Shown here: in pieces, positions 35,701-43,498 of the stretch | How positions within the stretch are numbered: position 1 is the first letter of the stretch | How the letters are laid out: the number at the start of each line of letters is the position of its first letter | NCBI GenBank assembly: GCA_036732755.1 | Contig: DAINBU010000005.1 | Coordinates: 3,872 to 67,871, forward strand | Direction: 5' to 3' | DNA from: Planctomycetota bacterium | Lineage (GTDB): Bacteria > Planctomycetota > B15-G4 > SIAN01 | DNA: 64,000 nucleotides | Translations under genes and position numbers: made by a program | The notes under the pieces: model-generated | Databases searched by the model: none | Told to the model about the DNA's origin: nothing | Seen by the model: only the letters and a program-made list of their open reading frames with translations

Positions 35701-35778
35701 CGCCGCGCCCGAGACCGCGAGCGCGACCAGCGTCGCGACGACGGCGGGCAGGCGCGGCGCGGACCTTCGCGGCGTCAC
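32728..35778 (-). CDS. Exported PHP-type metallohydrolase (CehA/McbA or DUF3604-like) with N-terminal beta-repeat region, about 1016 aa
   Basis: Likely start is GTG 35778 (GTGA overlap), with a signal peptide. Motifs GDLHRHS, LTDHP, GFEWS..GHQN, IPHHP, VELFQ and IASSDHG. Confidence 0.78.
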   Translation of the reverse strand: MTPRRSAPRLPAVVATLVALAVSGAAARAAPRAACATQEDDAAGERDVAARPKESYPRLPAACSLASPRHERYAPGGVVVAGDRLALAFLVWDPAAGDQVALAEVEPGLAPRVALVTTAPGECFWPQAVAPSATELLVVFVRQQKGVAELAFVRRDAQGIGAVVPLVKLVGCLSRPALAVRGGKAWLAFENRHAPEGAHPGSDVWLAPLEGDRLGAPVRVGDGRFGDLQPALAAAPDGALWIAWTQWQGRDFEVVARRFDPEKGELGAVLSVSADPRTDDFHPALAVGGDGRVWLAWDVLDDPRRGRSWPKLPGEEHRGREASLALACLDGGRVLDLVAPAGATPVLPEGTRLSWSGALPRLAFDPAGRLLLAQRYFEPEEGAGPPHSYPLLFRTLGADGWSDAALVTGSEGEIEEPLLAAGASGAWIVGAADDRVKQRQNTLRWFPRGAAPPYAAPLDARGFHLAGGFGPARLQFAFVPHGAREQGGPPAVRERTPATRPERASALGKDGLRVDPLGAPDADPVLSGGVHEALAPAAGSAPLFLYYGDLHRHSNASRCLEGLEARPLDRYVFAREAWHDDFFALTDHPGQTDPLQAWNGCKLVDLAHSPELCVLQGFEWSNLATGHQNVIFRRRTDLLAATGGDYATADLLWSQLDPRDAITIPHHPGHAKMGTDWSRFDPRFVRVVELFQSSRSSYEFEGCFRMAESAGSDGNFVQDALNEGLQFGLIASSDHGNGEAYAVALAERLDRDAIFDALRDRRTFASTTKGLVVDFRRDGVLMGRAVKAGGPGRFTLDVHGTRKLAEVVIFRDGAVVHALGRKSRAAPLAASTAGGTSAVRLRLQWWIAADERTSARRVRLAAPAGSVRVARGNPAADPERQHLKADADGPREATLSSPAAEENYRRVVLLEFDVAAAPDEPLTLEIDGQPAATTLRALSESKLGGQAVAGPWTLAPAADGGAERVELDPGLGVDRLHDEWTDPTPPPPTEHAWYYARVVDAAGEMSWSSPIFVEPK

Positions 35779-38700
35779 TTCTTCGGCATCGCGACGAAGA
35801 CCGCCGCCTTGTCCTTGGTGAAGTACTGCTTGCAGAGCGCGTTGACGTCGGCGACGGTGACGCCGTCGAACCAGTGGCCGATGTTGTTGGCCTCTTCGAG
35901 CGCGGCGGGCCGCGTCACCGCGTCGCTCAGGAGGCGCCACCACCAGTCGGGGTCCTCGGCCCACTTCGCCGAGTCGCCGAGCGCGGCGGTGCGCAGCCGG
36001 TCGATCTCCGCCTGCGTGACGCCCTTGGCGCCGAGCGCCACCATCATGTCGGTGATCGCCTTCACGGCCGGGTCGACCTTCGCCGCGTCGAGCTGGATGT
36101 TGAGCGTGACCGCGCCTTCGCCCTTCCAGTGCTCGCTCCAGGACGAATCGGCGGAGGGCGAGTAGGCCAGCGACTTCTTCTCGCGGATCTCGACGCGCAG
36201 CCGGTCGTCGACGATGTCCTCGAGCAGCTGGAGGCGGCGACGCATCGCGACGTCGATGCCGTCGGTGGTCGGGAAGACCATGCGGACGAAGGCGCTCTGC
36301 GAGCCGGTGTCGCAGAACTCCTTGCGCGTGAAGCCGGTCTTCCACGGCGTGACCGCGCGGTGCGCCGAGAAGTCGCGCGGCGCGCGGCGCGCCGCCAAGA
36401 GCGCGAACGTCGAGTAGAGCGCGTTCTCGACCTTGTAGCTCTCGAGCCCGCCCACCAGCGTGATCGTGACGGGCCCGTCGAGCTGCGCCTCGAGGAAGGC
36501 CTTCACCTCGGCGAGCGTCACCGCCTCGATCTTCGCGTGGTCGGGCGGCAGGAAGCGGCGGTCGCCGTTGCGGAGATCCTTCTGGAACTCGCCCAGGTAG
36601 TGGCGCAGCGACGGCGTGCCGGTCTCCTTCTCCTCGCGCTCCTTCTCCTTCTTCCACTCCTCCGCCAGCTTCTTCTTCCAGTCGTCGAAGCCGTCCTGGC
36701 GGAAGCCGGGGTCGGTGAGGTAGGCGCAGATCACCTCGAAGGTGCGCTGCAGGTTCGCCGATCCGCCGAAGCCGCCGAGCGAGCCGGAGAAGATGCACGC
36801 GTCGCCGTCGACCGAGAAGGAGAGCGGCGCGCCGCCCTCGTGCAGCGCGGCGTTCACCGTCTTCCAGTCGTTCTTGACCAGCCCGCAGCGGAGGAACGCC
36901 TGCGACGCGACCCACGCGACCTCGGCCTTCTCGGGATCGAGCGGCAGCTCGCCTTCGCCGAAGCGCACCTCGTAGCGCCCCCACCCTTCGAGGTGCTTGT
37001 GGGCCGCGCGCACGCCGTTCTTGAAGGTGATGAGGGTCGCCTTGCTCTTGTCGTCGCGCTTGACCTCGGTCCCCTCCGGCGCCTTCTTCGAGTCCTTCAC
37101 GCCGTAGGCCCAGTCCTTGGCGTTGCCCTTCGGCTCGTCCGCCGCCTTCGTCTCGCCCTCGGCGGCCTTCGCGACGTCGGGGTCGTCCGGGTCGCCCGGC
37201 TCGTCCGGCTCGGGCTTCGTGGGGGTCGGCGCGCCCTCCTTGCCGCTCTTGGGCGGACCGTCGGCCCCCTTCGCCGCGGCGAGCCCCTCGACCTGGTCGG
37301 CGAGCGGCTTGTCGAGCGACGTCGCCTTCGCCTGGTCCCAGATCGCCATGAGATCCGGGAGCGGGTCGACGCCGAGCTCGTGGGCGCCGCGCGCGATGAA
37401 GACGAGCTCGCCCGAGCTCCACTGGTCCTTCATCCACTTCTGGCAGGCGGCGACGCTGCGCGCGCGCTCGCCGGGCTTGTAGCTCGCCTTGCCGGCGCGG
37501 TCCTCCATCGGGACGTAGCGCGCGTTGCACGCCTGCAGCAGCTCGGAGAGGAACTCCTCCGACTGCATCTTGGGGACGAGCGGCCGCGGGACGAGCGTCT
37601 GGTCGAACTTGACGTAGGCGTCCTCGAGCTCCTTCTGCTCGAAGCCGCGCTCGACGGCGCGCCGCACCTCGCGCTCGGCGTTCATGAGGGAGGCGCGCCA
37701 GTTCGCCTTGTCGGTCCGGATCCGGATCTGCGGCCCCTCGATCAGCTCCTCGAGCTCGAACCAGTCGGCGCCGAAGCTGCCGCTCTGCAGCTTCTTCAGC
37801 ATCGCCTCGTCGAACTTGCCTTTGCGCAGCGCGTCCTCGGGATCCTTCCCGCCGTTGAGGCGGCGCTGCAGCATCGTCATGACGAAGGTGCGCGTGACCG
37901 ACTCGGTGCGCGTCGCGAGGTCGTCGGCGCGCGACTGCCACGGCCGCAGCTTCAGCACCTCGATCACCACGCCGTTGCCGCCGGGCTCGGCAGAGGTGAT
38001 TGCCTTGTAGGCGAAGGTCGGCTTGCCCGGGTCGGGGCGCGCCGGCAGCGGCTCCTTCGGGATCGCGATCGAGCCGAACGTCTTCTCGATCTCCTTGGCC
38101 GGGTCGAGGTCGCCGAGGTCGCCGCCCAGCACGAAGGTCATGTGCTCCGGCCGGTACCACTTGCGGTAGAAGCCGAAGCAGATCTTCGGGGTGAACTTGT
38201 CGCGCACCGCCTTGATGCCGATCGGGAGGCGCTTGGGCTTGAGCGTGCCGTCGAGGATCTTCGAGAGGAAGTCGACGAGGTTCCGGTACCCCTCGCCGTC
38301 GCGGTCGCGCTGCTCGGCGTCGACGACGCCCTTCTCGCTGTTCACCTCGGCCTGCTCGAACTTCAGCCCGTCGGCGACGTCGCGCATCCACTTGAGCGCC
38401 GTCGCGAAGCGCTCCGGCGACGCGTCGGGCAGGTCGAGCTCGTAGACCGTCTCGTCCATGCCGGTATGGGCGTTCACGTCGTGGCCGAACTTGATCCCCT
38501 CCGACTGGAAGGTGGTGACGAGCGACCCGGCCTTGAAGTTCTTCGTGCCGTTGAACGCCATGTGCTCGATGAAGTGGGCGATGCCGAGCTCGGTCTCGGA
38601 CTCGACGAGGCTGCCGACGTTCACGTGCAGGCGCAGGAAGACCTTCTTCTTCGGCTCGTCGTTCTTGAACCAGACCCAGCGGAACCCGTTCTTGAGCGCG

Positions 38701-38870
38701 CCGAAGGTGAAGCGCGGGTCGGGCTTCAGGTCGGAGGTGTCGTGCTCCCACTTGCGCGCGTCGGCGGTGCGCGCCGGAGCCTTGCTGCCCTGGGCCTCTG
38801 CGTTCCCGGCGAGCAATCCGAGCGCGGCGGCGGCGAAGAGCGCCGGGCGCCGACCTGACGACGTGCGCAT
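35775..38870 (-). CDS. Exported M16 family zinc peptidase (PqqL-like)
   Basis: Inverted zincin HFIEH, NAHTGMDETVY and distal EKGVVDAE. Signal peptide from ATG 38870. Four-domain length. Confidence 0.9.
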   Translation of the reverse strand: MRTSSGRRPALFAAAALGLLAGNAEAQGSKAPARTADARKWEHDTSDLKPDPRFTFGALKNGFRWVWFKNDEPKKKVFLRLHVNVGSLVESETELGIAHFIEHMAFNGTKNFKAGSLVTTFQSEGIKFGHDVNAHTGMDETVYELDLPDASPERFATALKWMRDVADGLKFEQAEVNSEKGVVDAEQRDRDGEGYRNLVDFLSKILDGTLKPKRLPIGIKAVRDKFTPKICFGFYRKWYRPEHMTFVLGGDLGDLDPAKEIEKTFGSIAIPKEPLPARPDPGKPTFAYKAITSAEPGGNGVVIEVLKLRPWQSRADDLATRTESVTRTFVMTMLQRRLNGGKDPEDALRKGKFDEAMLKKLQSGSFGADWFELEELIEGPQIRIRTDKANWRASLMNAEREVRRAVERGFEQKELEDAYVKFDQTLVPRPLVPKMQSEEFLSELLQACNARYVPMEDRAGKASYKPGERARSVAACQKWMKDQWSSGELVFIARGAHELGVDPLPDLMAIWDQAKATSLDKPLADQVEGLAAAKGADGPPKSGKEGAPTPTKPEPDEPGDPDDPDVAKAAEGETKAADEPKGNAKDWAYGVKDSKKAPEGTEVKRDDKSKATLITFKNGVRAAHKHLEGWGRYEVRFGEGELPLDPEKAEVAWVASQAFLRCGLVKNDWKTVNAALHEGGAPLSFSVDGDACIFSGSLGGFGGSANLQRTFEVICAYLTDPGFRQDGFDDWKKKLAEEWKKEKEREEKETGTPSLRHYLGEFQKDLRNGDRRFLPPDHAKIEAVTLAEVKAFLEAQLDGPVTITLVGGLESYKVENALYSTFALLAARRAPRDFSAHRAVTPWKTGFTRKEFCDTGSQSAFVRMVFPTTDGIDVAMRRRLQLLEDIVDDRLRVEIREKKSLAYSPSADSSWSEHWKGEGAVTLNIQLDAAKVDPAVKAITDMMVALGAKGVTQAEIDRLRTAALGDSAKWAEDPDWWWRLLSDAVTRPAALEEANNIGHWFDGVTVADVNALCKQYFTKDKAAVFVAMPKK

Positions 38871-38963
38871 GACATCTCCCGGTGCGCGGGTGGCGAGGGG
38901 CGCGGCGAGCCTACCGCGCCCGCCCCCGGTCTGGAACGGTCGCGGCACGCGGCGGTGCGCGGT

Positions 38964-41885
38964 TCACTTCTTGGGCGGCGGCGCGGCCTTCTTCGGCGCG
39001 ATCACGCAGGTCGAGGCGTTCTTGCGCACCAGGTACTGGCGCGCGAGCGCGGTCACCTCTTCGGCGGTGACCGCGGCGTAGGCCTCCTTCACGCCCTTCA
39101 ACTCGGCGAGCGCCTCCGGCCGCGCCCACGAGCCGTCGAGCCGGCCGAGCCACCAGCCGGGGTCGTTCATCGCCTGGTCGAGCTTGGTCGCCGCCACCTT
39201 CTTCATGCGGTCGAGGTCGTCGGGCTTGACGCCGTTCTTGACGAGCGCGTCGACCGCGCCGAGCACCTGGTTCAGCACCGCGTCGGCCTTGGCCGGATCG
39301 ACGGTGAGGACGATCATGAGCGAGCCCATGCCGGGGAACGCGGTGCCGGCGTCGAGGATCACGCTCGGCGAGTAGGCGGCGCCGAGCTTCTCGCGGATCT
39401 CGACGCGCATGCGGTCGTCGACCACGTCGTCGAGGAAGATCATCGACCGGCGCACCTTGGCGTCGCGCCCGTCGGTCATCGGGTAGACGATCTTCAGCAG
39501 CGTCTTCTTGTCGGTGGTCTCGATCTCCTTCTTGAACTTGAGGCCGGGCTGGATCGGCGGCGTCTTGCGGCGGTCGTCGTGCGCATCGCCGGCGCCGCGC
39601 TTGGGCAGCATCCCGAAGGTCTTCGCCAGGATCGTGATGGCGGCGTTCGGGTCGACGCCGGAGATGACGGTGACCTCGACCGGTCCGTCCGTGAGCTGCG
39701 GCTCGAGGAACTCCTTCAGGGTGTCGGGGAGGAAGCTGTCGACCTCCTTCTGGTCGGGAACGCAGAAGCGGTGGTCGCCGGCGTGGAGCAGCTTCTCGAA
39801 GTCGCCGAGCGGCCCTTCGAAGCCCTTCCCGAACTTCTCGTAGACCTCGGGCAGCTTCTTCTTCCACTTCTCGAACGCCTCGGGACGCCATCCCGGGTCC
39901 TTCATGTAGGCGCAGAGGATCTCGCAGAGGCGCTGGAAGTCGGTCGGCCCGGCCGAGCCCGAGAAGACCAGCCCGTCGACGCCGACCTGGAAGCCGAACT
40001 GGATCTGCCGCCCCTTCTGCATCTTGATCATCGTTTCGTAGTCGTGCTCGGCGAGGCCCGACTGCAGGAAGACCTGCGTCGCGACCCAGCCGATGTCGCT
40101 CTCGTCGGGCTCGGCGGCGAGCAGCCCCGAGCCGACGCGCACGATCAGTGCGCCGCCGCCCGCACGCGGATCGCCGCGCAGCGTGGCGCGCACGCCGTTC
40201 TCGAACTGGATGCGCGCGATCTGGAGCGCGTCGTCCTGCTCGACCTGGGCGACCTTCCCTTCGGCGCCGCGCGCGCGGTACATCCAGTCGGACGCGGAGA
40301 CGTCCTCCTCGGTCTCGGCCGCCATGCCATCCGTCGGCTTGCCGTCCGCGGGCGGCGCGTCCGCGCCCTTGCCGGCGCCGGTCGCCGCGGTCGGCGCCGC
40401 GGCCGCCTTCTCCGCGGCGTCCCACGCGGCCTTCAGCTCGGTCGCCGCCGTCTTGCCGAGGTCGAGGTTGCCGACCGCGAAGATCACGAGCTCGCCTTCG
40501 CTCCACGTCGTGGCGAGCTGCGCCGCCATCGAGTCGGCGTCGATCTCGGGGAGCATCTTCAGGTACATCTTGTTCTGCGCGGTGTCGTCCATCGGGACGA
40601 AGCGCGCGCGGCACGCCTGCAGCATCTTCGCGACGTACGTCGCGCCGGAGGCGCGAGTGGCGTCGGGCTCGGTCACCAGGTTGTCGTGCAGGCCCGTGAT
40701 CCGCGGGTGGAGCTCGTCGCGCGTGAAGGCGGCGGTGCGTGCCGCCTCGAAGTCGGCGCGCGCGGCGGCGAGCGCCTCCTTCCACTTGCCCGGCTCGCAT
40801 TCGACCTGCAGCGCGAAGCCCGAGAGCGCCTGCTCGAGTTCGTAGGAGCCGAAGCTCACGCCGCGGTAGGGCGACTCGCCCTTCGCGCGCTCGGTGGCGC
40901 GCTTCGCGATGCGGGCGTTCACGAGCGTCAGCGCCTGCCCGCGCAGGAAGTCGCGCTTGCGGTTGGCGAGCGTGTCGCCCTCGTCCTTCCAGGGGCTCAC
41001 CTTCGCGACGACGATCTCGCAGCCGGTCGAGTCCTTCTCGTAGGCGCAGAACGGCTTCACGCCGGACTTGGGCGCGCCGACGTCGGGCCGCTTCTGCGCC
41101 GCCTCCTTCGGGACCGCGATGCGTGCGAAGGTCGACTTGATCAGCATCTCGACGTCGGCCGATCCGAACGCGCCCGACGCGACGAAGGTCATGTTCTCGG
41201 GCCGGTACCACTTCCGGTAGAAGCCCTTGCAGAGCGCCGTGTTGAACTTGTCGCGCGCCGACTTCACGCCGATCGGCAGCCGCTTCGGCCAGAGCGTCCC
41301 GGCGATCAGCGAACCGGTCATCTTCTTGTAGAGGCGCAGGCCGGGGCCGTTGCGGTCGCGCTCCTCGGCGTCGATGACGCCCTTCTCGCCCGCGACCTCC
41401 TTCTCCTCGAAGAGCAGCCCGTCGGCGACGTCGCCGAACCACTTGAACGCAGTCTCGAGCCGCTCCGCCGAGGCGTCGGGCAGGTCGAGCTCGTAGACCG
41501 TCTCGTCGGTGCCGGTGTGGGCGTTCACGTCGTGGCCGAACTTGATCCCCTCCTTCTGGAAGGTGTCGACCAGCGTCCCGGCCTTGAAGTTCTTGGTGCC
41601 GTTGAACGCCATGTGCTCGATGAAGTGGGCGACCCCCTGCTCGGCGTCGGTCTCGACCAGGCTGCCGACGTCGACGAAGAGGCGCAGGTAGACGCGCTTG
41701 TCCTCGCCCTTCGACTGGTCGGTCCAGGCGTAGCGCAGCCCGTTCTCGATCGCGCCGAACTTGATGCGCGGGTCGACCGGCACGTCGGACGAGTCGTGCT
41801 CCCAGGCGCGGGCGGAACCTGGGACCGTCGCGGACGGGATCGCGAGCAGCGCGCACGCACCCGCGAGCAGGATCGAAGAATGCAT
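38964..41885 (-). CDS. Exported M16 family zinc peptidase (PqqL-like), tandem paralog
   Basis: HFIEH, NAHTGTDETVY and EKGVIDAEE. Signal peptide from ATG 41885. Confidence 0.9.
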   Translation of the reverse strand: MHSSILLAGACALLAIPSATVPGSARAWEHDSSDVPVDPRIKFGAIENGLRYAWTDQSKGEDKRVYLRLFVDVGSLVETDAEQGVAHFIEHMAFNGTKNFKAGTLVDTFQKEGIKFGHDVNAHTGTDETVYELDLPDASAERLETAFKWFGDVADGLLFEEKEVAGEKGVIDAEERDRNGPGLRLYKKMTGSLIAGTLWPKRLPIGVKSARDKFNTALCKGFYRKWYRPENMTFVASGAFGSADVEMLIKSTFARIAVPKEAAQKRPDVGAPKSGVKPFCAYEKDSTGCEIVVAKVSPWKDEGDTLANRKRDFLRGQALTLVNARIAKRATERAKGESPYRGVSFGSYELEQALSGFALQVECEPGKWKEALAAARADFEAARTAAFTRDELHPRITGLHDNLVTEPDATRASGATYVAKMLQACRARFVPMDDTAQNKMYLKMLPEIDADSMAAQLATTWSEGELVIFAVGNLDLGKTAATELKAAWDAAEKAAAAPTAATGAGKGADAPPADGKPTDGMAAETEEDVSASDWMYRARGAEGKVAQVEQDDALQIARIQFENGVRATLRGDPRAGGGALIVRVGSGLLAAEPDESDIGWVATQVFLQSGLAEHDYETMIKMQKGRQIQFGFQVGVDGLVFSGSAGPTDFQRLCEILCAYMKDPGWRPEAFEKWKKKLPEVYEKFGKGFEGPLGDFEKLLHAGDHRFCVPDQKEVDSFLPDTLKEFLEPQLTDGPVEVTVISGVDPNAAITILAKTFGMLPKRGAGDAHDDRRKTPPIQPGLKFKKEIETTDKKTLLKIVYPMTDGRDAKVRRSMIFLDDVVDDRMRVEIREKLGAAYSPSVILDAGTAFPGMGSLMIVLTVDPAKADAVLNQVLGAVDALVKNGVKPDDLDRMKKVAATKLDQAMNDPGWWLGRLDGSWARPEALAELKGVKEAYAAVTAEEVTALARQYLVRKNASTCVIAPKKAAPPPKK

Positions 41886-42043
41886 CGGAGAACTCCCGGT
41901 CGCGGCGCGGATCCGCGAGGGGGGAGAGCGTAACCCTGCCGCCCCGCGGGAGGAATGCGCCCTGGCCCCCCGCATGGTTCGCGCGACCGCCGCGATTACG
42001 ATCGCGCGTTTCCGGTCTCGGGTGGCGGATCGAGGAGGCGACG

Positions 42044-42697
42044 ATGGTCGGGAGCATCGCGTTCGCGCTGCTGATCGGCGGCGCGCGCCCGCCGGCGGTC
42101 GCGCGTCCTCCGGTCCAGAACGCGCCGCCCGCGCCCGTGCCGCCCGCGCCCAAAGAAGGGCGCGAGGCGAAGCCCGAGTCGACGGGCAAGGTCGGCGAGA
42201 AGATCCCGGCGTTCACGGCGAAGGCGCAGCGCGGCGACAAGGAATTCGACTTCGACTCCCAGAAGCAGTCCAAGGTCACCGTCTACGTCCTCGCCGGCGT
42301 GATGTGCACCGCGACCAACGCCTACTCGGAGAGGCTCGCGGCGCTCTGCGAGGCGTACGGCCCCAAGGGCGTCGACTTCGTCTTCCTCTACCCCAACCAC
42401 AACGAGTCGGCGGCCGACAAGCGCAAGTTCCAGCGGGAGAAGCGGCTCGGCGGCGCTTTCCTGAACGACGCCGACGGCGCCGTCGCCCGCAAGCTCGCCG
42501 CCAAGCGCACCGCCGAGGCGCTGATCTGCGACAAGGAGGGCAAGGTCCTCTACCGCGGCGGCATCGACGACAACGTGACCGAACCCGCGCGCGCGCGCGC
42601 CAAGTACGTCGCGCAAGCGCTCGACGAGACGCTCGCCGGCAAGCCGGTGAGCGTGACGACCGGCAAGGTGTTCGGAGAGACGATCCGTTCCCCGTGA
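42044..42697 (+). CDS. Exported redoxin (AhpC/TSA-like) domain protein
   Basis: GAGGAGG RBS and signal peptide. Motifs GEKIPAFT, CTATNAY and AKRTAEALICDKEGKVLYRGGIDD. Confidence 0.8.
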   Translation: MVGSIAFALLIGGARPPAVARPPVQNAPPAPVPPAPKEGREAKPESTGKVGEKIPAFTAKAQRGDKEFDFDSQKQSKVTVYVLAGVMCTATNAYSERLAALCEAYGPKGVDFVFLYPNHNESAADKRKFQREKRLGGAFLNDADGAVARKLAAKRTAEALICDKEGKVLYRGGIDDNVTEPARARAKYVAQALDETLAGKPVSVTTGKVFGETIRSP

Positions 42698-42713
42698 TCG
42701 AAAGGAGCCCGCA

Positions 42714-43292
42714 GTGAAGACGACGGTACGCATCCTCCCCGTGGCGATCCTGGCGGCGACCGCATCGGTCGCGTGGATCGCGGGCGGCGGTCCGGCGACG
42801 ACGGAGCCGCAGGACGCGGCGGCGACGGCGTCGCCCGAGCACAAGCTGCTCGAGAAGTACGCCGGGACGTGGGACGCCGAGGTCACCGTCCCCGACCCGG
42901 CCGGCGGCGCGGCCACCAAGACGCCGGCCAAGTCGGTCGTGCGCGTCACGTGCGGCGGGCTCTGGCTCGTCTCCGACTTCGAAGGATCGATGATGGGCGG
43001 GCCGTTCGTCGGCCACGAGGTCTTCGGCTTCGACCCGATCGCGAAGCGCTACGTGCTCACGTGGGTCGACTCGACCAGCGCGTCGCCGTTCTCCGGCGAG
43101 TTCACGTTCGACGCCAAGACGCGCACGCTCGACGGAACCATGAAGGGCAAGACGCCGACCGGCGGCGAGATGGTGTGGCACCAGACCGACGTCTGGAAGA
43201 GCGACGACGAGCGCGCGTGGACCATGCTCATGAAGGGGCCCGACGGCAAGGAGAGCCCCGTGGTCCAGATCGCCTACAAGCGGAAGAAGTAG
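42714..43292 (+). CDS. DUF1579 domain-containing exported protein
   Basis: EHKLLEKYAGTWD, GGLWLVSDFEG.MMG.PF.G, GFDP.K.YV.TWVDS and C-terminal YKRKK. Confidence 0.82.
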   Translation: MKTTVRILPVAILAATASVAWIAGGGPATTEPQDAAATASPEHKLLEKYAGTWDAEVTVPDPAGGAATKTPAKSVVRVTCGGLWLVSDFEGSMMGGPFVGHEVFGFDPIAKRYVLTWVDSTSASPFSGEFTFDAKTRTLDGTMKGKTPTGGEMVWHQTDVWKSDDERAWTMLMKGPDGKESPVVQIAYKRKK

Positions 43293-43498
43293 CGGCATAG
43301 ATTTCCCCGGCGCCCGAGAAGTCCGGAGCGCGCTTCAGGCGGCTCGCGGCGACCCCCGCCGTGCACGGGTGGCTCGCGCGCATCCGCGTCGACGCGCTGT
43401 TTTTTCCCGACCGCGAGGACGGGTGGAACACCCATTCCGGCGCCTCGCCGCCCGATCCACCCCAGGAGCCACCCCCGTCTGACCCACCTCGAGAGCCG

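Noticed and set aside
35779-38751. N-terminal ~990 aa of the 2007-aa ORF 32728..38751
   Set aside because: Off-frame overlap with the M16 peptidase. The real protein starts at the GTG at 35778 with a signal peptide.
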